A DNA stretch of 64,000 nt from Anaerosomatales bacterium (GTDB lineage Bacteria; Actinomycetota; Coriobacteriia; Anaerosomatales; SLCP01). The notes below the pieces were generated by a model. That model ran no database searches, was not told where the DNA came from, and saw nothing but the letters and a program-made list of their open reading frames with translations. Location: positions 235,595 through 299,594 of the forward strand of contig JARGFT010000001.1 in the NCBI GenBank assembly GCA_029210645.1. The letters are read 5' to 3'. Shown in pieces: positions 45,846 through 58,936 of the stretch (its first letter is position 1; each line of letters begins with the position of its first letter). Made by a program: the position numbers and the translations under genes.

Positions 45846-46936
45846 GCGTCCGGGTGGCCGATGTCGTGGACGCGATCCATGATGCGTTTCCTGCCGAGTG
45901 GGCAGAGTCCTGGGACCGCGTCGGGCTTCTGGCGGGCGATCCCGCGGCAGAGGTCTCGAAGGTGCTCGTCTCGCTCGATCCGACGCCTGCCGCTCTCGAG
46001 CGCGCCCGACAGGCGGGCGCTCAGGCCCTCGTGACCCATCACCCGGCGTTCCTGGAACCGCCTGCCACTCTCACACCGCGCGGCGCGGGAGTCACCTTCG
46101 CCGCCCTTGATGCGGGAATCGCGCTGATCGCGGCGCACACCAATCTCGACCGGGCACCGCGCGCAGCCGCGGCGCTGCCGCACCTTCTCGGCCTCGACCC
46201 CGGACGCCCTCTTGAAGACGCGCACCTCCCCATGTCCATGATCAGCGTCTTCGTTCCCGGGGAGGCGGAACACGCCGTCGCCGAAGCGATGGCCCTGGCT
46301 GGTGCAGGCAGGATAGGGGAGTATCGCGGCTGCTCGTTCGCAGCTCCCGGGACGGGGGCCTTCACCCCTGCCGAGGACGCCTCTCCCCATTCCGGCGCGC
46401 CCGGCGAAGCAAGTTCGGCACGGGAGCTGCGCCTGGAGATGGTGGCCCCACCGCCCTGCGCTGGCGCGGTCGTCCGCGCCGCGCGCGATGCACACCCCTA
46501 CGAAGAGCCGCTCATCACGGTCACGCCGGTCACTATCGCCCGCGGTAACGCCCGCATGGGTCGCATCTCTGCGCTGCGTGAACCGACATCACTGGCGACC
46601 TTCGTCGACCACGTCTCGGACGTCTTCCGCATCACCCCGAGGGTCTGGGGTGATCCTGCCGCCCGGCTGGCGTCTGTCGCTACCGCCACGGGTTCGGCCG
46701 GCTCGCTGGTTCCTGCGGCCCTCGAGGCTGGCGTCGATGTCCTGGTGGCCGGTGAGGTGCGCTATCATGACGCCCAGACAGCAGCCGCTGCGGGCCTGTG
46801 CGTCGTGGAGATCGGACACGACGTGTCGGAGTGGCCGCTGGTGCCGGTTCTTGCGTCCGCACTCTCCGGTGCTCCGGACCTGAGCGCGGTAACTGTACTC
46901 GTCGACCCGCCCGCCGCCGGCTGGTGGACCCCGTAG
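45842..46936 (+). CDS. Nif3-like dinuclear metal protein with PII-like insert
   Basis: WD.VGL, THHP, HTNLD, HPYEEP, GH..SE. Confidence 0.9.
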   Translation: MSVRVADVVDAIHDAFPAEWAESWDRVGLLAGDPAAEVSKVLVSLDPTPAALERARQAGAQALVTHHPAFLEPPATLTPRGAGVTFAALDAGIALIAAHTNLDRAPRAAAALPHLLGLDPGRPLEDAHLPMSMISVFVPGEAEHAVAEAMALAGAGRIGEYRGCSFAAPGTGAFTPAEDASPHSGAPGEASSARELRLEMVAPPPCAGAVVRAARDAHPYEEPLITVTPVTIARGNARMGRISALREPTSLATFVDHVSDVFRITPRVWGDPAARLASVATATGSAGSLVPAALEAGVDVLVAGEVRYHDAQTAAAAGLCVVEIGHDVSEWPLVPVLASALSGAPDLSAVTVLVDPPAAGWWTP

Positions 46937-46947
46937 AGGAGTCGCTG

Positions 46948-47676
46948 ATGGATGTGCCCACGGCACTGATCGCCCTGCAGACATGCGACCTGGAGATCCG
47001 CCGGGCGGCAAAGCTCCTCGATGAGCTTCCGGAGAAGCGTTCGATCCTCGAGACCCGCCACAAGGCCGAGGAAGTTCGCCAGCTCAAGGGGAAGGCCGAG
47101 GAACTCGTCCACCGGCTGGAAAGAGCCATCGCCGCCAACACCGACGAAGTCTCCGCTCTCGACGAGAAGATCGCCGGGGTCCAGAAAACCCTCGACGGTG
47201 GACAGGTGACCAAACCCAAGGAAGTCCACAACCTCTCGCGCGAGATGGATGCCCTCAAGCGGCGTGAAGACAAGCTCGACAACGACACGCTCTCGCTCAT
47301 GGAGCGGCTCGAGAAGGCCCGGGAACAGGTCGCCAAGGTGGATACCGCGCTACAACGCCTTTCGACCCGTGAGAGTGAACTTATCGCCGCGTATCGCCTC
47401 AAGGGCGGAGAGGTCCAAAGCGACCTCGAGGCGCACAAACAGCAACGCGCCGAACTAGCGGCAGCGGTCGGCGACGAGTTGCTCGCGCGCTACGAGGCCG
47501 CCGCTGCGGCCAAGGGCGGCATCGGGGCTGCGAGACTTCTCGAGGTGGCGTGTTCAGCATGCCGGGTCGAGCTCCCGTCCGAGCGACTGCGGGAGTTGCG
47601 TGAGGGTGCTGACGTCGGCGTGTGCCCGAACTGCCGGCGCCTGCTCGTTGTCCGGGGGGACGATGCGTCCGAATAG
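46948..47676 (+). CDS. Coiled-coil protein with C4-type zinc ribbon (DUF164-like)
   Basis: ATG 46948 after GAGGAG; long heptad coiled coil; CSAC…CPNC.RLL. Confidence 0.88.
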   Translation: MDVPTALIALQTCDLEIRRAAKLLDELPEKRSILETRHKAEEVRQLKGKAEELVHRLERAIAANTDEVSALDEKIAGVQKTLDGGQVTKPKEVHNLSREMDALKRREDKLDNDTLSLMERLEKAREQVAKVDTALQRLSTRESELIAAYRLKGGEVQSDLEAHKQQRAELAAAVGDELLARYEAAAAAKGGIGAARLLEVACSACRVELPSERLRELREGADVGVCPNCRRLLVVRGDDASE

Positions 47677-48139
47677 CGAAGCGCCCTGCGTGCTCTACAC
47701 CGACGGCGGTTCCCGCGGGAACCCCGGCCCGGCAGGCTCCGGATTCGTCCTCTTCGATCCCTCGGGTGCCGTCATGTGCGCTGCAGGTCACTTCCTCGGC
47801 GAGGCGACCAACAACCGCGCCGAGTACGACGGTCTCATCCGGGGGCTCGAGGCGGCGCTGTCGCGGGAATGTCGGGCGCTGGAGGTCCGGATGGACAGCG
47901 AGCTGATCGTCCGGCAGATGACCGGTCGCTACCGCGTGAAGAACGAGGGTCTGAAGGAACCGTTCGCGCGCGCCCGGGCGCTCGCGAGTCGTGTCGGTGA
48001 TGTGCGCTTCGTACACGTACGGCGTGCCGAGAACACCGAGGCCGACCGGCTCGCCAACGAGGCGATGGACGCACGCGCCCCGGTTGGTGATCCCGTTGAG
48101 CCCTGTGGGGACGACGGTGCGCAGGGCATGCTCTTCTGA
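47663..48139 (+). CDS. rnhA: Ribonuclease HI
   Basis: TDGGSRGNPG, TNNRAEY, DSELIV.QM, N.EAD.LAN. Confidence 0.92.
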   Translation: MRPNSEAPCVLYTDGGSRGNPGPAGSGFVLFDPSGAVMCAAGHFLGEATNNRAEYDGLIRGLEAALSRECRALEVRMDSELIVRQMTGRYRVKNEGLKEPFARARALASRVGDVRFVHVRRAENTEADRLANEAMDARAPVGDPVEPCGDDGAQGMLF

Positions 48140-48150
48140 GGAGGTCGTCC

Positions 48151-48516
48151 GTGTACGAGTTGACGGTCAAAGGACACTTCGACGCCGCTCACGCGCTGCA
48201 CGGGTATCCCGGTGAGTGTCGCGAGCTTCACGGTCACACCTGGGACGTCGAGGTGACGGTTTGCGGCGATCACCTCGACGACGTCGGGATCGTCTATGAC
48301 TTCAAGCGCCTGAAGGAGGACCTCGGGGTAGTCCTCGGCAGGTACGATCACGCGTACCTCAACGAGGTTCCACCGTTCGACACGCTCAACCCGACGGCAG
48401 AGAATCTCGCACGCATCGTGTTCGAGGAGCTCGACGGAGTCGTCGGCGATGAGGTCACTGTCGCCGAGGTGGCGGTGTGGGAGTCACCGATAGCGAGGAT
48501 CGTCTACCGGGGGTAG
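48151..48516 (+). CDS. queD: 6-carboxytetrahydropterin synthase
   Basis: FDAAH, C..LHGH, DH.YLN, PTAENLA, WES. Confidence 0.92.
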   Translation: MYELTVKGHFDAAHALHGYPGECRELHGHTWDVEVTVCGDHLDDVGIVYDFKRLKEDLGVVLGRYDHAYLNEVPPFDTLNPTAENLARIVFEELDGVVGDEVTVAEVAVWESPIARIVYRG

Positions 48517-48562
48517 TCCGCCCGGCCGCGGGGCAGGCCGCGAAAGGGGAGCGGACAGAGAA

Positions 48563-48735
48563 GTGTCCCGAGAAACCTCGTCCGCGTGGTGCCTAATCCG
48601 CTGCTTCCCATTTCCCTCCATTGGAGTCCCGCTCGACCAGACCAACTCACGTTATGCCTGCTCTCGCGTTCCCCCGCCGGCGGCTACTGGTACGCAACCT
48701 TTCGGTACTCGCCAGGTCCGACTTCTCGGGACAAC
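48563..48735 (-). ncRNA. Unassigned ~173-nt structured ncRNA
   Basis: Promoter TTGACG-N17-TAACGT starts transcription at the 5' arm of an 11-bp terminal stem (TGTCCCGAGAA/TTCTCGGGACA); internal GNRA-capped hairpins. Confidence 0.6.
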
Positions 48736-48739
48736 TGCT

Positions 48740-48768
48740 ACGTTACAGGCACCGGGTGAGAGCGTCAA
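48740..48768 (-). promoter_or_regulatory. Housekeeping promoter TTGACG-N17-TAACGT
   Basis: Plus-strand cgtcaa at 48763-48768 and acgtta at 48740-48745. Confidence 0.75.
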
Positions 48769-48896
48769 GCACGTTTTCGCAGAAATACCGAGTAACTGAC
48801 GAACGGAATCGATACGAAGCTGAACGGTCACTATCGGCGTTCGGACGGGACTTCCGCGAATCCGCATATCACCGAGGCACAGGGGCTCTCATCGCC

Positions 48897-48928
48897 TTGA
48901 GACACGAGCAGTGTTAGGGTAGACTAAC
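48897..48928 (+). promoter_or_regulatory. Promoter TTGAGA-N17-TAGACT overlapped by DtxR/IdeR-type box GTTAGGGTAGACTAAC
   Basis: Palindrome 48913-48928 resembles the TTAGGTTAGCCTAA core; upstream of dtxR-feoB. Confidence 0.75.
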
Positions 48929-48972
48929 TCCGGCTGAACTCCCGGTCTCCCTGCTCTTGTGGAGGTGCCCCG

Positions 48973-49626
48973 ATGCCCACCGAGACTCTCGAGGAGTACC
49001 TCGAAACTATCTACAAACTCGCCGAACGAGGCGCGGTGCGCCCTACGCCTATCGCCGAGTCGCTGGGCGTGTCGGGTCCGACAGTGACGGCCACGCTGAA
49101 GCGGTTAGAATCGCGCGAGTTGATCACTCGCAGCGGTGGAGACGTCGTTCTCACGGATGCTGGCAGGACGCTCGCGGTGGACATCATCAGGCGCCATCGT
49201 CTTGCCGAACGCTTTCTGGTCGATGTACTCCGGTTGCCCTGGGAGGAAGCCCACGAGGACGCGTGTCGCCTGGAGCACGCACTCTCGCCGCGTGTGATGG
49301 AAGCGCTCGAGGAGTATCTCGACAACCCCGAGGTGTGTCCGCACGGGCATCCGATACCGAGCGCAGAGGGCGAGATCGTACCCGTGAAGGGGGTCCCGCT
49401 CTGCGACGTCGATAGTGGCCGTACCTCCGAGATCCTCCAGGTCTCCGAGGACGACGAGGCCATGCTGACCTATCTCGGTTCGCTTGGCATGTACCCCGGT
49501 ACGCCCGTGCGCGTGTGTGAGGTTGCACCGTTCAAAGGGCCACTATTGATCGAGGTGAACGGCACGACCTATGCACTGGGTCGGGACGTGGCCGAGCGCA
49601 TACTCGTCAGCGCCGACCTCAGCTGA
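48973..49626 (+). CDS. DtxR/MntR family metal-dependent regulator with C-terminal FeoA domain
   Basis: EEYLETIY, VSGPTV, RRHRLAE.FL, ACRLEH, CPHGHPIP, LG..PG. Confidence 0.93.
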   Translation: MPTETLEEYLETIYKLAERGAVRPTPIAESLGVSGPTVTATLKRLESRELITRSGGDVVLTDAGRTLAVDIIRRHRLAERFLVDVLRLPWEEAHEDACRLEHALSPRVMEALEEYLDNPEVCPHGHPIPSAEGEIVPVKGVPLCDVDSGRTSEILQVSEDDEAMLTYLGSLGMYPGTPVRVCEVAPFKGPLLIEVNGTTYALGRDVAERILVSADLS

Positions 49627-49639
49627 CGGGGCACTTTCT

Positions 49640-51667
49640 ATGCCCGCGTGTCACGGCCCAGTACCGTCAGAGCTCTTCCCCGAAGGGCGTCCGGAACGCC
49701 TCATCGCCTTCGCCGGAAACCCCAACGTCGGCAAGTCGACGCTTTTTAACAGCGTGACCGGCCAAGACGTCATCACGGCGCATTACGCCGGCAAGACGGT
49801 CGACGTCAACGTCGGTCATACAGTCATCGGCGAGGAGATCGCGAACGTCATCGACCTGCCCGGGACGTACGGCCTGGACGATGCTTCCGAGGTATCGCTG
49901 ACCACGCGCCGCGCCCTGCTCGACCTGAGGCCAGACGCGACGATCGTCGTGCTCGATGCGTCGAACCTTACGCACAACCTCGCGCTTGCGTTCGAAGTCC
50001 TCGACTTGGGTCTGCCGGTGGTTCTCGCCGCGAACATCGCCGACGTGGCCCGGCGTGCCGGGACTGAGGTCGACGCAGCGCGACTTGCTGCGGCAACGGG
50101 TGCACGAGTCATCGAGACCGTCGCGGTGACCGGTGAGGGTATCAGCGACCTGATGACCGCGGCGCTTGAGGTTGCCGAGGAGCCACGCCCCCTTCCGACA
50201 CCGCTTCACCGGTACACGATAGACGTGGAAACGTCAGTGGCCCCGCTGATCGCCACGGTGAAAAGCCGCGGTAGCAGTGCGCTGTGTCTGGAGGGGCGTC
50301 CGCTTGCGCTGCAGCTTCTCGAGGGCAGGACGGATGTGATCGAGGCACTCGAGGAGCAGGGTGACACGGGCCTGATCCGTGTTGCCGCGGAGACCCGGGT
50401 CGCCGTCGAACACCTCTCGGGCGGGCGCCCATCGTTCGTGCTGCACCGCGAGCGGCATACGCTGGCGAAGCAGGCGGCCGACGAGTGCATATCGCAACGG
50501 AAGGTTCGCCGGCAGATCCCCTGGGAGAAGCTGGCTACCGCGCCCCTCACCGGCATCCCGATGCTCATCGCCGCGCTCGCCTCCATCTTCCTGTTGCTCT
50601 TCTTCGTGGGCGAGTTCCTCGCGGGTCTCTTCTCCTCGGGCTGGGCCGCGTACGTCTCACCGCACATCCAGGCGCTGGTCGGGGCGATCGCCGGTGACGG
50701 ACTCATCGGAAGCACGCTGCTCTGGGGGCTCGACTCCGGTATCGAGGCTGCGCTCGGTATCGGGTTGCCCTACATCCTCACCTTCTACTTCCTGCTCGCT
50801 ATCCTCGAGGACAGCGGATACCTCAACGCGGTGGCGTTCCTGTCCGACAACATGATGCACCGGCTCGGACTTCACGGGCGGGCGATCATCCCGCTCGTCG
50901 CCGGTGCGGGGTGCAGCGTGCCTGCCGTGCTCTCAACGCGGGTACTCTCCTCCGACCGTGAGCGGTTCATCGCGGCCACGCTCGTGTCCTTCGTGCCGTG
51001 TAGCGCGCGCACGGCGGTCATACTCGGCGCGGTGGGACATTACATCGGTATCGGGCCTGCCCTCGGGGTCTATGCGGTCACGGTAGTCGTGACGATCACG
51101 GTAGGCGCGGTGATGGCCCGCGTGGTCCCGGGGCAGACGCGGGGACTCGTGATGGAGATGTTCGCCTTCCGACGCCCGAAGGTCGCCATCGTCGCGCGCA
51201 AGGCGTGGGGGCAGTTCGTCGAGTTCCTCGTGGTCGTCATCCCGCTGGTGGTCGTAGGGAGCATCGTGCTCGGCGGGTTGTACGAGAGCGGATGGCTGTG
51301 GAGTCTGACGACCCCGCTCGACCCGCTCGTCGTCGGTCTGCTCGGTCTGCCGTCGGTTGCCGGGCTGACGCTGCTCTTCGGTGTGCTACGCAAGGAGTTC
51401 GCACTGCAGTTGCTCGCCACCCTGGCGATCGCAAGCATGGGGGAGGAGGCGCGCGACCTCACCGCGTTCATGAGCAGTACCGACCTCTTTGTCTATGCGC
51501 TCGTGAACACGCTCGCTGTTCCGTGCATCTCGACCATCGCGGTGCTCGGGAAGGTGCTCGGTCGGAGACGGACGGCGCTCGTCGTCGCCATCACCGTCGG
51601 GACCGCGCTTGGTGTGGGGGCCTTCTTCGCGCGGGCTATTCCAATCGTCACGAACCTGCTCGGATAA
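49640..51667 (+). CDS. feoB: Ferrous iron transporter B
   Basis: ATG 49640; GNPNVGKS, DLPGTY, LEDSGY, GCSVPA, VPCSAR, RKE, PC. Confidence 0.92.
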   Translation: MPACHGPVPSELFPEGRPERLIAFAGNPNVGKSTLFNSVTGQDVITAHYAGKTVDVNVGHTVIGEEIANVIDLPGTYGLDDASEVSLTTRRALLDLRPDATIVVLDASNLTHNLALAFEVLDLGLPVVLAANIADVARRAGTEVDAARLAAATGARVIETVAVTGEGISDLMTAALEVAEEPRPLPTPLHRYTIDVETSVAPLIATVKSRGSSALCLEGRPLALQLLEGRTDVIEALEEQGDTGLIRVAAETRVAVEHLSGGRPSFVLHRERHTLAKQAADECISQRKVRRQIPWEKLATAPLTGIPMLIAALASIFLLLFFVGEFLAGLFSSGWAAYVSPHIQALVGAIAGDGLIGSTLLWGLDSGIEAALGIGLPYILTFYFLLAILEDSGYLNAVAFLSDNMMHRLGLHGRAIIPLVAGAGCSVPAVLSTRVLSSDRERFIAATLVSFVPCSARTAVILGAVGHYIGIGPALGVYAVTVVVTITVGAVMARVVPGQTRGLVMEMFAFRRPKVAIVARKAWGQFVEFLVVVIPLVVVGSIVLGGLYESGWLWSLTTPLDPLVVGLLGLPSVAGLTLLFGVLRKEFALQLLATLAIASMGEEARDLTAFMSSTDLFVYALVNTLAVPCISTIAVLGKVLGRRRTALVVAITVGTALGVGAFFARAIPIVTNLLG

Positions 51668-51702
51668 CATCTCCGGGGTTCCTGTCAGAGGGGTCATCTA
51701 TC

Positions 51703-51731
51703 TTGCATACCGAACATATGTTCGGTATGCT
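51703..51731 (+). promoter_or_regulatory. SOS promoter TTGCAT-N17-TATGCT with LexA box CGAACATATGTTCG
   Basis: Perfect Gram-positive GAAC-N4-GTTC palindrome at 51711-51724 inside the spacer. Confidence 0.9.
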
Positions 51732-51760
51732 CTGTTCCCCTCGACGTAAGAAGGTCTCCC

Positions 51761-52180
51761 GTGGGCCACAACGCTGCAATCAAAGAGCATCGCGCGCTTC
51801 CTGAAGGGCTCCCGCTCGACCTGTTCGACTCTGCCGAGGGCCGGCGTCCGATCGTGCTCGATCTGCTCGCCACGCCCTGGCTTGTGCGGGCCTCAGAACT
51901 CCGGCTACCGGGTGACGGTGGGCTCGGGCGCCGGATCGGCGAGGCGGTCGCGGTCTCGTGGGACGCAGCCCGGCATTCGCCGGTTGCGTTCGCGTGGCGC
52001 GGGCGGGTCTACGACGTCACCTCGGTCGTGCAGACCTGGGCGGTCGAGCACGCGTGGTGGGACGCCGGGCAGCGGGTGAGCCGGCGCTGCTGGCGGGTGC
52101 TCGCCGGAGACGGTGGCACGTACGACCTCGCGTTCGAACGCCTCACGGGCGCGTGGGTCCTCCTCGGCATGCAGGACTGA
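51761..52180 (+). CDS. DUF6504 / ImuB C-terminal-like small protein
   Basis: P..F.WRGR.Y…W…WW…WRV…YDL…W.L..MQD pattern; LexA-controlled; near dnaE2. Confidence 0.75.
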   Translation: MGHNAAIKEHRALPEGLPLDLFDSAEGRRPIVLDLLATPWLVRASELRLPGDGGLGRRIGEAVAVSWDAARHSPVAFAWRGRVYDVTSVVQTWAVEHAWWDAGQRVSRRCWRVLAGDGGTYDLAFERLTGAWVLLGMQD

Positions 52181-52248
52181 GGGCCGCCTACACCGGGTAT
52201 CTACCGAGGGTGAAGGAACGCTCCACAGAACCGATCGGAGGGAGCGTC

Positions 52249-52857
52249 GTGAACAACCGTGCGGTCCCGACGATCGCCATCGCGCTCCTCGTCGTAGGAG
52301 TACTCGGCATAGCCGCCACGATCGTGCTCCAGCGCTCGTCGACGCCCGCGCTCCAGGGCAGAGCCCCTGACGCCATGGATGCGATGTTCATCGAGGAGAT
52401 GGTCCCGCATCACCAAGACGCGATCGATATGGCCGAGATGGCGCTCGGGCGCAGCGAACGCCCGGAGATCAGGCAGCTCGCCGAGGACGTCATCCGGACC
52501 CAGAGCGCGGAGATCGATCAGATGCGAGCGTGGTACCGCGAGTGGTACGGCGTCGATGTGCCCGAGAGTGGCGGGCGGCCGGGCATGATGGGTCGCGGCT
52601 CGCCAGGCATGATGCGCGGCATGATGTGGCAGGGCACGGTCGACCTGGAGGCACTGGAAGAGGCCGACGAGTTCGACAAGGTCTTCCTCGAGGCGATGGT
52701 CCCGCACCACGAGATGGGGGTCATGATGTCCCGCATGGCCGGTAGCGTCACGAGCCGGCCGCAGTTGCGTGAGCTGACGCGCTCGATCGTCCGGGCTCAG
52801 AGCGAGGAGATCGCGGACATGAGACGGTGGCACGAGGAGTGGTACGGGCGCCGGTGA
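52249..52857 (+). CDS. DUF305 (CopM-like, ferritin-fold) exported or membrane-anchored protein
   Basis: GTG 52249 after GGAGGGAG; N-terminal TM; two M.PHH…A..M / Q..EI..M..W repeats; Met-rich linker. Confidence 0.88.
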   Translation: MNNRAVPTIAIALLVVGVLGIAATIVLQRSSTPALQGRAPDAMDAMFIEEMVPHHQDAIDMAEMALGRSERPEIRQLAEDVIRTQSAEIDQMRAWYREWYGVDVPESGGRPGMMGRGSPGMMRGMMWQGTVDLEALEEADEFDKVFLEAMVPHHEMGVMMSRMAGSVTSRPQLRELTRSIVRAQSEEIADMRRWHEEWYGRR

Positions 52858-52888
52858 TCCGGCAACCGTGCAGGCGTGAAGGAGTTGA

Positions 52889-53173
52889 ATGGCCATGATG
52901 GGACCGTACGGTTGGGGATACGACATGATGGGCGGCGGCTGGTTCGGCGGCCTGTTGATGCTTCTCTTCAGCGTGGTGGTCATCGCCGGCGTCGTGCTGC
53001 TCGTGATCTGGGCGGTGCGGCAGTCGACGGGGCAGACCGGCTCACACGGGTCTCAGTCAGCCCCGCCGCAGACGAGCTCCGATGAGGCGGTCGCGATCGC
53101 GAGGAAGCGTCTTGCGGCCGGCGAGATCACGAAAGAACAGTACGAGGACCTGATCCGCGTACTGGGTGGATGA
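52889..53173 (+). CDS. SHOCT domain membrane protein
   Basis: Met/Gly-rich N-terminus, one TM, A..IA.KRLA.GEI..EQY. Confidence 0.85.
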   Translation: MAMMGPYGWGYDMMGGGWFGGLLMLLFSVVVIAGVVLLVIWAVRQSTGQTGSHGSQSAPPQTSSDEAVAIARKRLAAGEITKEQYEDLIRVLGG

Positions 53174-53211
53174 TCCGTGCACGGGAGCATGAACTCACTC
53201 TAGCGGGCCCC

Positions 53212-53240
53212 TTGCCGGACGAACATATGTTCGATACTCT
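53212..53240 (+). promoter_or_regulatory. SOS promoter TTGCCG-N17-TACTCT with LexA box CGAACATATGTTCG
   Basis: Identical palindrome at 53220-53233 inside the spacer, upstream of dnaE2. Confidence 0.9.
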
Positions 53241-53266
53241 GGAGACCTCCGTCCGAGAGGTCTCCC

Positions 53267-56596
<3,330 letters not shown>

Positions 56597-56602
<6 letters not shown>

Positions 56603-57853
56603 CGAGCGCTCGTCTCCCTCCCGATCACCGGGAGACTGCGGGGGAGTGCCGGTGTCCCGGGCAGGATGGGCACCGTGGCGCAGGGATGTCGAGCCAAACC
56701 GTCTGTGCACCTCGTCGATGCTCTCGGCGAGTCGATCGAGTACTGGATCGGGCACGGGGGCCTCGTCGAGCAGGTCCATCTGTATCGCGCGTTCCTCGAA
56801 CCCGCTCAGCCCGACCCCGATCAGGCGCACGCCCACACCCGGTGACCAGACCTCATCCAGGAGATCCAGGGTCGTCTCGACGATTCGATCACGTGCGTCA
56901 GTGGGCGCGGGAAGCGTGCGTCGTACGGTACGGGTCGAGAAGTCACCGTAGCGGACCTTGAGCGTGACGGTTCTACCCGAGAGGTGTTTCGAGCGGAGTC
57001 GGCCTGCAACCTTGCCCGCAAGCGCGGTTATCGCAGAGCGGATATCGGCCGCGGTATGGAAATCCTCGGCAAACGTCCGCTCGTTTGAGACGGACTTCGC
57101 TGGCGGATTATCGCGGACAGGACGAAGATCGACACCCCGAGCCCGGTCGACGAGTTCCGGACCCCAGGACCCGACCACTTCCCGTGCGGTCGTCTCATCG
57201 AGGACCGCAACGTCACCAAGCGTGGTGATGCCGAGCCTTTCGAGCCGGCCAGCGGTGATCGAGCCTATGCCCGGCATGAGTCGCACCGGCAACGGGGAGA
57301 GAAAGGACGCCTCCTCTCCCGGAAGGACCATCGTGATCCCGTGGGGCTTGTCCCGGTCCGAGGCGATCTTAGCCACCGTCTTGTTGGTCGCGATTCCGAT
57401 CGAGCACGACACGCCGAGGCGGTCGACCTCATCGCGGATGCGGGAGGCGATGGAGAGCGGGTGCTCCCCGGAGTGCGCACCGGGGGTGACGTCAAGGTAC
57501 GCCTCGTCTATCGATGTGGGCTGCACGTGGGGGGTGACGGAGCGGAAGATGTCCCTCACGGCGTGCGACACGTCCCCGTAGCGCTCGGCCCGCGGACGTG
57601 CCCACACGGCATCGGGACAGAGCGCGGCAGCCCGGGCGGCGGGCATCGCCGAACGGACTCCGAAACGCCGGGCCTCGTACGATGCAGCCGAGACCACTCC
57701 GCGGCGTGCGGGATCACCGCCCACGATGACCGGCCGGCCCCGCCACTCCGGATGATCGAGCTGTTCGACAGCGGCGAAGAAGGCGTCCATGTCAACGTGG
57801 AGAACGGCCCTCCCGGACCAGTTCCTCGCGGATGTCGAATCGTGTTCGGCCAT
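56597..57853 (-). CDS. dinB: DNA polymerase IV
   Basis: HVDMDAFFA, SYEAR.FGV.SAM, SIDEAY, AKIASD..KP.G; clamp motif QMDLL. Confidence 0.94.
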
Positions 57854-57933
57854 AACACCACAAGTGTACCTGGCGACTCCGTCACGAGGTGAGGTCGGCT
57901 AGAATCGTTCGAGCGGTCGTCGAGAGGAGTGCC

Positions 57934-58797
57934 GTGTACATCGGTGCGCACGTGTCCGTCGCCAAGGGACTGACCTCGGCAGTGACCTACGCGCAATCGG
58001 TCGGTTGCGAGTCGATGCAGGTCTTCGCCAAGAGCCCGCGCCGCTGGGACGGGCCTCCAACGGATGCCGATGGAGGTGTGCGGTTCGCCCGGGCACGGGA
58101 GGATGCGGGGATCGCCGCCGCCTTCACTCACACCGCCTATCTCATCAACCTGGCGTCATCCGACGACGTGCTGTGGCAGCGCTCGGTGAACGCGCTCGCC
58201 GATGAGATCACCCGGGCCCGGCTGCTGCGGGCGGACGGTGTCGCGACACACCTCGGGACACACCCGTCCGGAGAGTCGGAGGAAGCGGCGGAGAGGATCG
58301 CGACCGGCATCCGGGCAGCATTCGACCGGGCGAAGGGAGACCCGGGCTCGCCCACGAGGCTACTACTCGAGAACACGGCAGGCGGGGGAACCACCTACGG
58401 GCGCACCGTGGCCGCCATCGGCGCGGTCCTCGAGCGCTGTAAAGGAGCACGGCCGCTCCTCGGTGTGTGTCTGGATACCTGTCATGCGCATGCTGCCGGC
58501 ATCGACCTTGGCACCACCGCTGCGTGGGACTCCCTTCTCGATGAGGTGGAGTCGGCGTGCGGGGCCGGTGCGATCAAGCTCATCCACGCGAACGACAGCA
58601 TGTTCGAGCGGGGGTCCCATCGAGACCGGCATGCCTGGATCGGGGAGGGGACCATGGGCGTCGGAGCGTTCGAGTCGATGCTCACTCGACCGGACCTGAA
58701 GGGCGTGTCCGTCGTGACCGAGATGCCGGGTGAGGTTCCCGAGAAGGACGTGGAGAATATCCGCAGGCTGAAGGCATTGCGGGGAGACCAAGTGTGA
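57934..58797 (+). CDS. nfo: Endonuclease IV
   Basis: GTG 57934 after GAGGAG; GAHVS, H..YLINLAS, LENTAG, DTCH, H.NDS, DRH. Confidence 0.94.
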   Translation: MYIGAHVSVAKGLTSAVTYAQSVGCESMQVFAKSPRRWDGPPTDADGGVRFARAREDAGIAAAFTHTAYLINLASSDDVLWQRSVNALADEITRARLLRADGVATHLGTHPSGESEEAAERIATGIRAAFDRAKGDPGSPTRLLLENTAGGGTTYGRTVAAIGAVLERCKGARPLLGVCLDTCHAHAAGIDLGTTAAWDSLLDEVESACGAGAIKLIHANDSMFERGSHRDRHAWIGEGTMGVGAFESMLTRPDLKGVSVVTEMPGEVPEKDVENIRRLKALRGDQV

Positions 58798-58936
58798 CCT
58801 GCGTCACCGAGTCGGGCGCCCGAAGTGTCGAACTTCTCCCGTAGGGCGCGTGGGTTGCCGCCTGCCGCCATGGGTTCTAGCATAGAATCCCGTGTAGGCC
58901 CGCTTCGAACGCCGACGACCATGCGAGGTGCACGCG

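Noticed and set aside
48563-48735. SRP RNA or c-di-AMP (ydaO) riboswitch identity for the ncRNA
   Set aside because: GGAAGCAGC is present but lacks the adjacent CAGG-stem-GNRA of SRP helix 8; CCGAAAGG and GGGGGAAC are present but the other ydaO elements and a downstream gene are missing
48831-48858. Minus-strand sigma28 promoter (GCCGATAG)
   Set aside because: No TAAA/TCAA -35 element at the required spacing
57836-57848. LexA box at the dinB start (CGAAC-ACG-ATTCG on the minus strand)
   Set aside because: 3-nt rather than 4-nt spacer plus a mismatch; SOS control of dinB is not supported from sequence alone
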